DNA of 64,000 nt from Chryseolinea sp. (GTDB taxonomy: Bacteria > Bacteroidota > Bacteroidia > Cytophagales > Cyclobacteriaceae). Each line of letters opens with the position of its first letter. Within the stretch, counting starts at the first letter, position 1. Location: assembly GCA_049840655.1 (NCBI GenBank), contig JASGJX010000049.1, positions 143,570 through 207,569 of the forward strand. The letters are read 5' to 3'. The position numbers were made by a program, and so were the translations under genes. Shown here in pieces: positions 50,838-61,781 of the stretch. The notes under the pieces are model-generated. The model made no database searches and had not been told where the DNA came from. It was given only the letters and a program-made list of their open reading frames with translations.

Positions 50838-52961
50838 ATGACTTCAACTCGCCGGTCCAGAATAGTACTAGTAGGAAACCCAAACTCAGGGAAATCCTCC
50901 TTATTCAATTTCCTGACCGGATTGAATCAGAAAATCGGAAACTTTCCAGGTGTTACAGTCGATAAGCGTGCTGGTTCAACGTCGCTTCCCGACGGTACCA
51001 TGGCGGAAGTTGTAGACCTCCCTGGCATTTACAGCATTTACCCCCGAAGCCTCGATGAAAGAATTGTCGCAGAGGTTTTGCTCGACCATCACTCGCCCGC
51101 CGCACCCGATAAGGTGGTTATCATTGTCGACGGCACCAATTTGAAAAGGGGCCTGTTGCTTGCAACACAGGTGATTGATCTCGGCATCCCTGCGATCATC
51201 GCTATGAACATGATGGACCTGGCATCAAAGGCAGGTATCAGCTATGATTTCAAAAAGTTATCCGAAAGATTAGGTGCTCCCGTGGTAGCCATCAATGCTC
51301 GTAAAGGCGTTGGGTTGGATGACTTGAAGAAACTGCTGATCGCAAAGAACGGATCGGCCATGGCCAGTCAGGTTTTTGCCATACCACGCGAGGCGGTTGC
51401 CCCTGTTGCTGAACTTAGAGGTCAGTTAGGTGTCGATAATGATTACGAGGCTTATCAGTTTCTCGAACAACCAAACTCATTAACATTTCTCGCACCCGAC
51501 AAGACGACTGCTGTCGAAGTAATTCGAAAACGTCACGGGTTCTTTCCTGGCAAGTTTCAGGGCGCGGAAACAATCAACCGCTATTCTTATATCCAGCAAC
51601 TTCTCGACGAGGTTGTCATTAAGCCATCAAATGACAGCTTTAGAGATCGTTCAAGAATGCTCGACAGGATCCTGCTCCACAAGGTTTGGGGTTATGTAAT
51701 CTTCTTTGCCATCCTGCTCGTCATATTCCAGTCGATATTTGCCTGGGCAACGGTATTGCAGGATTTTATCGATTCGATGTTTGCAGCACTGAGCACATGG
51801 CTTGAATTGACGTTACCATCCGGCACTTTAACCGATCTGCTGGCAGAGGGAATTATTCCGGGAATTGGTGGCATTGTCATCTTCGTGCCTCAGATCGCTA
51901 TACTCTTCGCTTTTATTTCGATGCTCGAAGAGTCCGGTTATATGGCACGCGTTGTCTTCCTCATGGATAGAATCATGCGGAAGTTTGGATTGAATGGAAA
52001 GAGCGTTGTGCCCCTTATCTCCGGAGTTGCTTGTGCAATTCCAGCAGTAATGGCCACGCGCACGATTGACAATTGGAAAGAACGAATAACAACCATTCTT
52101 GTCACTCCGCTGATGAGCTGTTCCGCACGGCTTCCGGTATTCACTATACTCATCGCTCTTGTAGTCCCCCAGCAAACAGTTCTTGGTGTCTTTAACCTCC
52201 AGGGCCTTGCCCTTATGGGACTCTATTTACTGGGATTCGCAGCGGCGCTTGTTTCTGCATTGATCATCAGCTGGCTTATCCGCGTCAAAGAACGTAGCTA
52301 CCTGATCATGGAACTTCCTATGTACCGTGTTCCAAAATGGTCAAACGTGGGCTATACCATTGTCGAGAAGACGAAGACTTTCGTCTGGGAGGCGGGTAAA
52401 GTAATATTGGCTATCTCGATAGTGCTTTGGGTTCTGGCAAGCTATGGCCCTGGCGATCAAATGGCACGAGCAGAAGAAGCCGTGCTTCAGGAAAATGCAA
52501 ACGCCCGATTAACAGAACAAGGATTGGCTGATAGAGTGGAGGCCTATAAGCTTGAACACTCTTATGCTGGTATCATTGGAAAGAGCATCGAACCGCTCAT
52601 CAAACCTTTGGGATACGACTGGAAGATCGGAATTGCATTGATAACTTCATTTGCAGCAAGAGAAGTCTTCGTCGGTACCATTGCCACGATTTACAGTATT
52701 GGTAGCGTTGACGAAGACGATTCCGGCACCATTAAGGACCGCCTTCGCGAGGAAGTAAATCCTGAAACTGGTGGCCCACGTTTTACACCCGCTGTAGGCT
52801 TTTCGTTGCTGGTATTTTATACGTTTGCGATGCAGTGTATGAGCACTTTGGCGGTTGTTTATCGTGAAACCAAAGGCTGGAAATGGCCCCTGATCCAGCT
52901 AGCCTACATGACAACCCTTGCCTACCTGTCGGCCTTCGCGGTTTATCAAATAATGTCGTAA
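50838..52961 (+). CDS. feoB: Ferrous iron transport protein B
   Basis: GNPNSGKS, NFPGVTV, DLPGIYS, MSCSARLPV. Confidence 0.96.
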   Translation: MTSTRRSRIVLVGNPNSGKSSLFNFLTGLNQKIGNFPGVTVDKRAGSTSLPDGTMAEVVDLPGIYSIYPRSLDERIVAEVLLDHHSPAAPDKVVIIVDGTNLKRGLLLATQVIDLGIPAIIAMNMMDLASKAGISYDFKKLSERLGAPVVAINARKGVGLDDLKKLLIAKNGSAMASQVFAIPREAVAPVAELRGQLGVDNDYEAYQFLEQPNSLTFLAPDKTTAVEVIRKRHGFFPGKFQGAETINRYSYIQQLLDEVVIKPSNDSFRDRSRMLDRILLHKVWGYVIFFAILLVIFQSIFAWATVLQDFIDSMFAALSTWLELTLPSGTLTDLLAEGIIPGIGGIVIFVPQIAILFAFISMLEESGYMARVVFLMDRIMRKFGLNGKSVVPLISGVACAIPAVMATRTIDNWKERITTILVTPLMSCSARLPVFTILIALVVPQQTVLGVFNLQGLALMGLYLLGFAAALVSALIISWLIRVKERSYLIMELPMYRVPKWSNVGYTIVEKTKTFVWEAGKVILAISIVLWVLASYGPGDQMARAEEAVLQENANARLTEQGLADRVEAYKLEHSYAGIIGKSIEPLIKPLGYDWKIGIALITSFAAREVFVGTIATIYSIGSVDEDDSGTIKDRLREEVNPETGGPRFTPAVGFSLLVFYTFAMQCMSTLAVVYRETKGWKWPLIQLAYMTTLAYLSAFAVYQIMS

Positions 52962-52992
52962 GCCAGAGCATTTTATCCGTACCTTTGCAGAA

Positions 52993-53385
52993 ATGGCTGC
53001 AACTATGGAGAAACACTATCACCTTGGGCTGCTGTGCTTTGTTCACCTGCTGATCAAAGCCGATGGAGTAACCGATCAGACCGAATTGGAGGCTCTTGAG
53101 AAGATCAAGGCTGGCGAGCATATCCCCTCCGACATAGTTGTTGAATTCGAGCGATGGGTGGCTGATAAAGCTGAACCTGAAATCTATCGTTATGGTTTAG
53201 GACATCTGCGTGAATGCACAGAGACAGAAAAGCTTCGCGTCTTTGCTATCCTCTACAAGCTTTCAGAAATAGACGGTAGAGTTCACACACAGGAATTGAG
53301 AATGTTACTTTATTCCGTGAAAACCGCAGGCGTTGCTTTTAATGAAGTGGTCGACTTTGCACGATCACAGCCCCGCATGTTTTGA
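52993..53385 (+). CDS. TerB-like protein
   Basis: LIKADG..ELEAL and SEIDGRVHTQE acidic motifs. Confidence 0.7.
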   Translation: MAATMEKHYHLGLLCFVHLLIKADGVTDQTELEALEKIKAGEHIPSDIVVEFERWVADKAEPEIYRYGLGHLRECTETEKLRVFAILYKLSEIDGRVHTQELRMLLYSVKTAGVAFNEVVDFARSQPRMF

Positions 53386-55293
53386 TGATCAAAGTGAACC
53401 CTCGTAGTTCCTTCTTTGTACTTCTACTACTTATTGGTTTCGGTTGCTCAAAGAACCGAACTGTCATCCCTGTTAACAAGTTTACAGATACCACCTATGT
53501 TCGAATAGGAGAATTTCAGGACCGCAGGATGGGTGACAGCCTTCTCACGTTTCTTAAAAATGATCATAGCGAATACCGACAGCAGGCACTGATAGCGTTG
53601 GGCTCTGTGCAGGATTCAACTACGACAGAAGCGATCGGTCAGTTACTGAGTGATACCGATGCCTCCGTCAGAATAGCAGCAGCCTTTTCTCTTGGACAGA
53701 TCCGCAGTCGCAGCAGCGAACAAATCTTGCGTCGTGCTATTGATAATGAAAAAGATCAGCGTGTCATTGCCCGTCTCTACGAATCGTATGGCAGGGTAAC
53801 AGCAAGGTGGGATCTTTTTGAAGTTCCGCGAGACACGACGGCAGCTGGCAGGATTTGCGTGGGGATTATTCAGAACCAAGGGCGACAGCGTGTTAAATCC
53901 CATGGCAACAGAGTTGCTGAAGAGTCCGTCTGCAACTGTAAGGTTAGGCGCAGCGTTTTATTTCGCCCGCAAGGCCCCGACACCCAGAGTCGCGGAAGCA
54001 GCGTTAATTGCATTAACCCTTAAAGAAAGAAATGAAGAAGTGCGCATGGCCGCTACGTTGGGCCTTAAGAAACTACAATCCGATGCTGTTCTCGAAGCGC
54101 TGAAGCAGATCATCTCAAAAGATCAGTCCTACCGCGTCCGGGTAAACGCAGTTAGTGCACTTCAGATATTTTCCGTTTCTGCTAGGCCCGTTCTCATCAA
54201 AGCGTTGAAGGACCAGAATGTCAATGTTGCTGTGCGCGCTGCAGAAGTGATCAATACACTCAAGCCGGATCCTTTGTTGTGGAAGGAAACTGTGACATTG
54301 GCACGCAGTGCGGTAAACTTCCGGGTGAAGGCACTGTTATATCAATATGCTATGGCATCTGCCGATAAGGAGCAGGATATCCTGAAAGAGATCCAATCAC
54401 TTTATACGATTGCGGCTGATCCCTATGCAAAGGCTGCGCTGCTTGAAGCAATGGGAAAAACGCTTATGGCCTTTTCATTCGTAAACGATGAATTAAAGAA
54501 GGCCGACACAGCAATCGTCAGAACTGCCGCTGCACTTGCTCTCGTCGACATGAATTACAACGAACATTTTGTTCCTGCACTCAAGGCTGATTTTGTCAAA
54601 GCATATCGCGAAGCAATCCTGATTAACGACGTAGCCGTCACAAGCGTAGTTTGTGGGGCCATATCAGATCCTGAACTTGACTATAAACCGATCATGAAGG
54701 ACTGGAGCTTTCTTTATGATGTGAAGAGCAAACTCAAATTACCTGAAGACAACGAAACGCTTCAAAGTGTGGAACGTGCAATTGCTTACTTCGAAGACAA
54801 GGAGTACTCAGTTCCTCGAAATGAATTTAATCACCCCATCGACTGGCAACTGGTTCGCTCCATCAGGAAAGATCAGCAGGCCGTCATCGCCACCTCAAAG
54901 GGAATCATAACAATACAGCTGCTCGTGAATGAAACTCCTGGTTCTGTTGCCAACTTCGTCAGGCTCGCGCGCGATAAAGCCTATAACGACAAGTTCTTTC
55001 ATCGGGTAGTTCCAAATTTCGTGGCACAGGGTGGATGCCCAAGAGGCGATGGTTTCGGCGGCGAAGACTATTCCATCAGATCGGAATTTTCTCCACGTCG
55101 GTACAAGACTGGCAGCGTGGGTCTTGCATCTTCAGGCAAGGACACCGAGTCAGTTCAGTGGTTCATTACCCATTCTCCGACTCCGCACCTGGACGGGGCG
55201 TATACGATATTTGCCGAGGTGGTCGACGGAATGGATATAGCACACCAGCTCGAAGTCGGTGACAAAATCTTGAATATTGAGTTTCCTCAGTAG
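53382..55293 (+). CDS. HEAT-repeat lipoprotein fused to a cyclophilin PPIase, frameshift near 53841
   Basis: GFG-C lipobox, HEAT repeats (VRIAAAFSLG), FHRVVPNFVAQGGCP, QWFITH, HLDGAYTIF. Confidence 0.85.
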
Positions 55294-55343
55294 GCATTGA
55301 AGGCTACTGCACGTTATCTTCGCACGCAAATCACAACAGATTC

Positions 55344-56483
55344 TTGAGTACAAGTTATCAATCAACCAATAAGGTCGGCGTTCTCGGAGGAGGACAACTG
55401 GGCAGAATGCTCATACAGTCAGGAATTGATTTTAATATTCCGTTCAAGGTATTGGATCCGGATGCACATGCACCCTGCTCCTCAATCGCCGAGTTTGTCC
55501 ATGGGAAATTGAAAGATCATAACACTGTTCTTGAATTTGGGAAAGACTGTGACGTGATTACAATTGAAATTGAGCACGTCAATACCGACGCGCTGAAGGC
55601 GCTTGAAGCGAGTGGCAAACGCGTCTATCCACAGCCTTCTGTTATCGAACTTATTCAGGACAAACGAAAACAAAAGCAGTTCTATGCGGCTTCCGGAATT
55701 CCAACGGCACCATTTGTCTTAGTCGATAGTTCGGCGGACGTAAAAGCAAAGGCAACAACTTTTCCCGTTGTTAACAAGCTCGGAAAAGAAGGATACGATG
55801 GCAGGGGCGTCCAGATCCTTCGCTCGGCTGCGGACCTTCACAAAGCTTTTGATGCACCAGGCCTGCTGGAGGATCTGATTGACTTCGACAAGGAAATTGC
55901 CGTAATCGTCGCACGAAGCAGCAATGGAGAAGTAAAAAGTTTTCCGGCGGTTGAGATGGTGTTTCATCCTGAACAAAATCTTGTCGAGTACTTGTATTCA
56001 CCAGCTTACATCAGCGAACAGGTGCGCAATGAAGCTGAGCGCATAGCCCATACGGTAATTGAGAAGCTGAACATGGTTGGGCTGCTGGCGGTCGAGATGT
56101 TCGTTACTAAATCGGGAGAGGTGCTGGTAAACGAAATCGCACCACGCCCACACAACAGTGGACATCAAACTATTGAGGCCAATGTGACATCGCAGTACGA
56201 GCAACATTTGAGAGCAATACTGGGCCTCCCTCTCGGTGATACCTCGATCACCAGACCGAGCGCAATGGTCAATCTTCTCGGCGAGGCAGGGCACGAAGGA
56301 ATAGCCAGGTATGAAGGATTTGCTGAAGTACTCGCTGTGCCCGGAGTACACGTTCATTTATATGGAAAGCAACTGACGAAACCTTTTCGCAAAATGGGTC
56401 ATGTAACTATTGCTGATCCCGACCCGGAAGAGCTTAAACGCAAAGTACAGTTAGTAAAGAATACTCTTAAAGTTATATCCTGA
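55344..56483 (+). CDS. purK: N5-carboxyaminoimidazole ribonucleotide synthase
   Basis: GGGQLGRM, GYDGRG, NEIAPRPHNSGH, RKMGH. Confidence 0.96.
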   Translation: MSTSYQSTNKVGVLGGGQLGRMLIQSGIDFNIPFKVLDPDAHAPCSSIAEFVHGKLKDHNTVLEFGKDCDVITIEIEHVNTDALKALEASGKRVYPQPSVIELIQDKRKQKQFYAASGIPTAPFVLVDSSADVKAKATTFPVVNKLGKEGYDGRGVQILRSAADLHKAFDAPGLLEDLIDFDKEIAVIVARSSNGEVKSFPAVEMVFHPEQNLVEYLYSPAYISEQVRNEAERIAHTVIEKLNMVGLLAVEMFVTKSGEVLVNEIAPRPHNSGHQTIEANVTSQYEQHLRAILGLPLGDTSITRPSAMVNLLGEAGHEGIARYEGFAEVLAVPGVHVHLYGKQLTKPFRKMGHVTIADPDPEELKRKVQLVKNTLKVIS

Positions 56484-56995
56484 TGAGTAAGCCTGTTATT
56501 GGAATTATCATGGGCAGCCAGTCCGACCTTCGCATTATGAAGGAGGCAGCCGAGATTCTTGAGGAGCTCAAAATCACTCACGAAGTGACTGTAGTATCCG
56601 CACACCGTACACCTCATCGCCTCGTTGACTACGCAACCACGGCGAGAGCAAAGGGTCTCAAGGCCATCATCGCCGGAGCAGGCGGAGCCGCCCATCTCCC
56701 GGGAATGATTGCCTCACTGACATCACTGCCTGTGATCGGAGTACCCATAAAATCATCCAACTCAATTGACGGCTGGGATTCTGTATTGTCGATTCTTCAA
56801 ATGCCGGCCGGTGTTCCGGTAGCAACTGTAGCGCTGGATGGCGCCCGAAATGCAGGCATACTAGCGGCCCAGATCCTCGGATCGTCAGATAAACAGGTTG
56901 CTAAACGCCTCGATGCCTTTAAGAAGTCACTGCAGCAGAAGGTCGAAAGCGTTGCCCGTAAAATGGAAAACACCGGCTGGCGAGACCTCGTCTGA
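56483..56995 (+). CDS. purE: N5-CAIR mutase
   Basis: MGSQSD, SAHRTP, AGAGGAAHLPG, QMPAGVPV. Confidence 0.97.
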   Translation: MSKPVIGIIMGSQSDLRIMKEAAEILEELKITHEVTVVSAHRTPHRLVDYATTARAKGLKAIIAGAGGAAHLPGMIASLTSLPVIGVPIKSSNSIDGWDSVLSILQMPAGVPVATVALDGARNAGILAAQILGSSDKQVAKRLDAFKKSLQQKVESVARKMENTGWRDLV

Positions 56996-57060
56996 TCAAG
57001 TTCCAATTGGCCCGCGAATTGAATGAAAAAGCGTAAATTTCATTCAACGAAATCCGACCT

Positions 57061-58326
57061 ATGAAAACAGGGACCAAAGGTTGGCTCAAAGATTATTTGT
57101 CCGCTCGTCAGGCGCGGGCAATGGAGGATTTCGTAGAAGCGCGAAAACGCGCCTCCCATCCCGAGCATTCACTCTACCGCGTCATTCAACCTACAGGTCT
57201 CATGTATGGGCTCTCTGTAAGTGATGAGGAACTGTTACATCATCCCGAAGAACAGAAAGACCGACTGAAAATCTTGCTTACGGAAAGCCTCATCAGCAGT
57301 TCAATCGTTTCGTATGACAAGCCGATAACAACACCATCAGAGCTGGAGCAATTAATTCATATTACGCTCGAAAAGATCGGTACGTTTTATAACAACATCT
57401 TTCCTGAAGTTGCTACTGCCACGAAAACATTGCTCGGTCGGAAGAAGTCACCTTATGAAGTCGCCGAACAACTGATCGACAAACGAATTGAATACACCGC
57501 GAAATTCGCTAACAACTTCTGGTCGTTCTTCTTTCATAACAGTCTTCTCTTTCTCGATGTCTTCATCTTCGGTCAATGGATTCATACAAACGCAGATCGA
57601 ATCGTCGCAGACTTCTTCCGCTATGAACGAGACGAGTTGAGATTTTCCGTAGTGAAGGTAATTGCTGCCGCAGCGCACGCTAATCGGGAAGTATCATTTG
57701 AAGAGCGCCGCTTTTACGACCTCTTCATTGAAAGCGCTGAGCTCTCTTCAGAACGTCGAAAGGAAACACTCAAGATCTTTGAAGAAGGATTTGCAGTTGA
57801 AGACATCAATCTTCCAACAGAGCATTCATGGATACTTAAGAAATTTTTCCTCGAGATCTCTATTCTAACAATTTGGGCAGACAAAAAGGTAGAGCAGGAA
57901 GAACTCGATTTCCTGAAGCGATTCTGTCATTACCTCGAGCTGTCAGACGAAGATTTGGAGAGCAGCATGATTGCTATCGAGGGATTCATTCTCGAGCACT
58001 GGTCGGCACTTGAGCGATTACAGGACAAGCGAGACATTGAATATGTGAGCGAGCAATTCATTTACCGTGTGTCGCGACTTGCAGAGAAGAACAAAACAAA
58101 GCTTGCCAAGTACCTCAACGAAAATGCCGAACTGAATGCGCTTACACGTAAGGCGCGTGGCCATGAGCTCACGGTTGATGAAAAGGAGCAGCTGCGTAAT
58201 GCCCTGGTGACAATGATTAAGACGCTTCCGGCCTTTTCTGTAATTCCATTGCCTCAGGCGTTTTTATCGCTGCCCGTCTTGCTGAAGATACTTCCCCGCA
58301 ATCTGTTTGTTGAAGGAATAAAATAG
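57061..58326 (+). CDS. Hypothetical helical protein with TerB-like repeats and a LETM1-like tail
   Basis: AAHANREVSFEE and IWADKKVEQEE; tail KTLPAFSVIPLP. Confidence 0.65.
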   Translation: MKTGTKGWLKDYLSARQARAMEDFVEARKRASHPEHSLYRVIQPTGLMYGLSVSDEELLHHPEEQKDRLKILLTESLISSSIVSYDKPITTPSELEQLIHITLEKIGTFYNNIFPEVATATKTLLGRKKSPYEVAEQLIDKRIEYTAKFANNFWSFFFHNSLLFLDVFIFGQWIHTNADRIVADFFRYERDELRFSVVKVIAAAAHANREVSFEERRFYDLFIESAELSSERRKETLKIFEEGFAVEDINLPTEHSWILKKFFLEISILTIWADKKVEQEELDFLKRFCHYLELSDEDLESSMIAIEGFILEHWSALERLQDKRDIEYVSEQFIYRVSRLAEKNKTKLAKYLNENAELNALTRKARGHELTVDEKEQLRNALVTMIKTLPAFSVIPLPQAFLSLPVLLKILPRNLFVEGIK

Positions 58327-58342
58327 AGCGGTCTGCAACCGT

Positions 58343-59281
58343 TTAGGCTTCCTCGTCCGAAGGTTTCCTCGGCACGATTACCGAGAATACTATCGACAAT
58401 GTCAGCGTGGCGATGATAACGGAGAACGAAGTATAAACCCCCACACTTATCTCGAAGATCTCAAGAAGCATTTTGGCTCCTATGAAGAACAGGATAATTG
58501 AAAGCCCTTTCTGCAAGAGATAGAACTTGTCGATGATGCCGGCAAGGAGGAAGAACATGGCTCTCAGTCCCATCACCGCGAAGATGTTTGAAGTATAGAC
58601 CAGGAACTCGTTTTGCGTAATAGCAAATGCAGCCGGAATGGAGTCGACGGCGAACAAGAGGTCAGTGGTTTCAATCAGGATGATGACAAGAAACAATGGA
58701 GTAAACATAAGCTTGCCATTTTCTCGTACAACGAATGCAGCTCCGCGGTCAGTGTCCGTGAAGGGCAGATAGCGACGGCTGAGCTTCAGGATCGGATTCT
58801 TCTCAGGTTCAATGGTCTGATCTCCATCTTCAAAATAGATCCGGATACCAGAGTAGATCAGCAATACGCCGAAGACGTACAGGATGACGTGGAAGTGGTG
58901 TATGATAATGGCTCCGACGAAGATGAAAACGCCCCGAAATACGATTGCGCCGAAAATACCCCAGAACAGTGTTTTGTGATAGTATTCCTCCTTGACCTTG
59001 AAGTATTTCAGGATAAGCAGGATAACGAAGATATTATCAACCGATAAGGCGTATTCGGTGAGATAGGCAGAAAAATACTCTACCGCATGATCCGCCCCGT
59101 CATACTTATAAATAAAGAACCCAAACAGTGTCGAGATCAGCACCCAGAAGATTGACTGGTACAGTGCGGACTTGGTAGTTACCCGATGCGCCGTGCGGTG
59201 GAAAAGACCGAGATCAAGGACAAGGAAAAGAAGGATGATCACGGCGAAAACACCGAAAAGGATCATCTCCCGATCATTCAT
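58343..59281 (-). CDS. TerC/Alx family metal homeostasis membrane protein
   Basis: EYALSVDNIFV, DLLFAVDSIPA, SNIFAVMGLR. Confidence 0.93.
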   Translation of the reverse strand: MNDREMILFGVFAVIILLFLVLDLGLFHRTAHRVTTKSALYQSIFWVLISTLFGFFIYKYDGADHAVEYFSAYLTEYALSVDNIFVILLILKYFKVKEEYYHKTLFWGIFGAIVFRGVFIFVGAIIIHHFHVILYVFGVLLIYSGIRIYFEDGDQTIEPEKNPILKLSRRYLPFTDTDRGAAFVVRENGKLMFTPLFLVIILIETTDLLFAVDSIPAAFAITQNEFLVYTSNIFAVMGLRAMFFLLAGIIDKFYLLQKGLSIILFFIGAKMLLEIFEISVGVYTSFSVIIATLTLSIVFSVIVPRKPSDEEA

Positions 59282-59403
59282 GTTCTTGAAAAGGGAAATT
59301 ACGAGTATGTTGACCACGGAATGCAAGGTGCTTTTTGGATTTGGGATTAGCTAAAAGAGGTTAAAAAAGGCACTTTGATGTGTCGGGTGGTCTTCTCAAC
59401 TTT

Positions 59404-59411
59404 CAAATATA
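59404..59411 (-). promoter_or_regulatory. -7 box upstream of the TerC gene, implying a leader of about 120 nt
   Basis: TATATTTG on the minus strand. Confidence 0.45.
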
Positions 59412-59482
59412 TATAAATCCGGCATTTCATAGGTTCGATTTATCCTACGGGCGGCAAAAATGAAACCCGCCAAATGGAATAT

Positions 59483-59905
59483 TTATTCGACACACTTATC
59501 ACAGATCCCCTGAATAAGAACATTTACTTCCCGGGCCCGGTATCCTTGCGGTAATCGCACTGCTGGAACGCTAACATCCAGGCAGTTAGTCTGACCGCAA
59601 CGCAGGCACTTAAAGTGTACATGATCATGGTGGTGCACGGGGGCATGACAAGCGTCATTGCACAACGCATATTTCAAACTTCCCTCATCGTCCAGCACCT
59701 TGTGGATAAGTCCACGATCCAGGAAGGTTTTTAGTGTACGATATACAGTTACACGATCCAGATGAGTTTGGACTTCCTTTTCGATATCACTTTGAGAAAG
59801 GGCGTAGTTTCGAAGCAAGAATAGATCTAGAATGTCCTGACGATTGGGCGTCGAACGGAGCTTGAAGTTCCGCAATAGTGTCTCGGACTCTGTGTGATCA
59901 ATCAT
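59483..59905 (-). CDS. Fur-family transcriptional regulator
   Basis: DRVTVYRTL, HHDHVHFKCLRCG, CDKC. Confidence 0.92.
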   Translation of the reverse strand: MIDHTESETLLRNFKLRSTPNRQDILDLFLLRNYALSQSDIEKEVQTHLDRVTVYRTLKTFLDRGLIHKVLDDEGSLKYALCNDACHAPVHHHDHVHFKCLRCGQTNCLDVSVPAVRLPQGYRAREVNVLIQGICDKCVE

Positions 59906-59930
59906 GATCGCAGAACGATTAGCTTTCAGT

Positions 59931-61775
59931 TTATGTCAATTGGAGTTTGAGCAAGTTACTATAAATACCGTTGTCCACTTGAGTCAGTTCAGCATGTGAT
60001 CCCATTTCAGCAAGGCGACCTTCCTGGATAACAAAGATCCTGTCAACTTTCTTTATGGTGCTGAGTCGATGCGCAATGATAATGCTGGTTCGTCCCTCCA
60101 TAAGCTTCTCCAACGCCTGCTGAACGAGCACTTCCGAATGGACGTCTAGCGAGCTCGTTGCCTCGTCCAGAATTAGAATTGCAGGATCCTTGAGGATGGC
60201 TCTCGCGATAGCGATGCGCTGTCGTTGTCCACCAGACAACTTCACGCCACGTTCACCAACTAACGTATCAAACTTGTCAGGGAAGGTTTCAATAAACTCG
60301 AGCGCATTGGCCTGGCGTGCTGCTTCCTGAACTTCTTCTAACGTTGCGCCTGGCTTTGCATAAGCGATGTTATCGCGGATGCTTCCGCCAAACAGGATCA
60401 CCTCCTGTGGTACAATGCCAACATTGCGGCGGTATCCTGCAAGATTGATGTCCGCGATGGCAATATCATCAGTGTAAATGCCACCATTGTCTGGTTCGTA
60501 GAATCGCATCAACAAACTAATGATTGTAGACTTTCCCGAGCCGCTGCGACCAACAAGTGCAACTTTCTCACCCGGAGCAATGGAGAAGTCAAGATCCTTT
60601 AAGACGACAACGTCTTTCCTCGTGGGATAAGCAAACGTGACCTTTCTGAAATCAATCTTTCCATTCAGTCTGAAAGCCGGTTTAACCGAGACCTGTTTTG
60701 CACCGTTTTTTTGAACATCAGCGGTACTGGGAATAGCCACCTGATCAAACTCTGTTGGCTCCTGAAGAATTTCACGAAGACGTTCTGAGGCGCCAATGGC
60801 GCGCTGGAGTTGCGTATAGTTATCGCCAAGCCCGGCGATGGAAGCACCAATAAAAGACGTATAGAATACGAAGGAGAAGAGCTCGCCAACGGTAATGGTA
60901 TGCGAAGCAACCAATGACGCACCGTACCATCCAACGGCTACGATTCCTCCAAACAATGCGAATATGATAAATGAAATGAATAGTCCTCTGAACCGCGCTG
61001 TCCTGATCGATACATTTACAACTTCTTCCAGGGCCTTGCCATAACGATTTGTTTCAAACTCTTCATTTGTGAAAGCCTTCACAACAGTAATGGACTGCAA
61101 AGACTCTTCGACCACCACGTTTGCCTCCGCAAGTTTATCCTGTGACTTCCGTGACATCTTGCGAATAAACTTACCAAATACAAGAGCGATGAGTACAAGC
61201 ACTGGAAATGTCAACAGCATAAATCCTGTCAGTCTGGGAGCAAGCACCAGTATGATGGCTGATCCAAATATCAATGTGGCGAACTGACGAAGTAACTCGG
61301 CAAGCGTAAGACCGAACGTTTCAGCAAGTGTCCCTACGTCGGAGGTGATGCGGCTCATCAGTTCACCAATGCGATGATTGTCGAAAAATGTAAGAGATAA
61401 GCGCACGAGCTTTTCGTACACTGCCTTCCGCAGATCTGCCAATGAACGTTCTGTCACCAGGGCGAACGTATAGACACGTGTGAAAGAAAATATGCCCTGC
61501 AGAAATAATACACCTATCAACGCGAGGGCTACTTGTGCAATTGAATCAAAGTATGGAACAGGAACTCCATTGGCCACGTCAAGTAGTTCACCGGCCAGGT
61601 AAGGAAAAGCAAGCATGGTGCTGCTTGAAAATACCAATGCTACCAGTCCTATAATAAACCACCCCTTGTAAGGCAGTGCAAATCGAAAAATACCCATCAT
61701 CTGAGAAAGCGTCTCCCGATTGACAGGCCTCTTCTCCTCTTCCTTAAGTCCCTCCCTGATATTTCGCTTTGCCAT
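59931..61775 (-). CDS. ABC exporter, fused TMD-NBD (MsbA/ABCB-like)
   Basis: GRSGSGKS, LSGGQRQR, ILDEATS. Confidence 0.93.
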   Translation of the reverse strand: MAKRNIREGLKEEEKRPVNRETLSQMMGIFRFALPYKGWFIIGLVALVFSSSTMLAFPYLAGELLDVANGVPVPYFDSIAQVALALIGVLFLQGIFSFTRVYTFALVTERSLADLRKAVYEKLVRLSLTFFDNHRIGELMSRITSDVGTLAETFGLTLAELLRQFATLIFGSAIILVLAPRLTGFMLLTFPVLVLIALVFGKFIRKMSRKSQDKLAEANVVVEESLQSITVVKAFTNEEFETNRYGKALEEVVNVSIRTARFRGLFISFIIFALFGGIVAVGWYGASLVASHTITVGELFSFVFYTSFIGASIAGLGDNYTQLQRAIGASERLREILQEPTEFDQVAIPSTADVQKNGAKQVSVKPAFRLNGKIDFRKVTFAYPTRKDVVVLKDLDFSIAPGEKVALVGRSGSGKSTIISLLMRFYEPDNGGIYTDDIAIADINLAGYRRNVGIVPQEVILFGGSIRDNIAYAKPGATLEEVQEAARQANALEFIETFPDKFDTLVGERGVKLSGGQRQRIAIARAILKDPAILILDEATSSLDVHSEVLVQQALEKLMEGRTSIIIAHRLSTIKKVDRIFVIQEGRLAEMGSHAELTQVDNGIYSNLLKLQLT

Positions 61776-61781
61776 CTTTAA

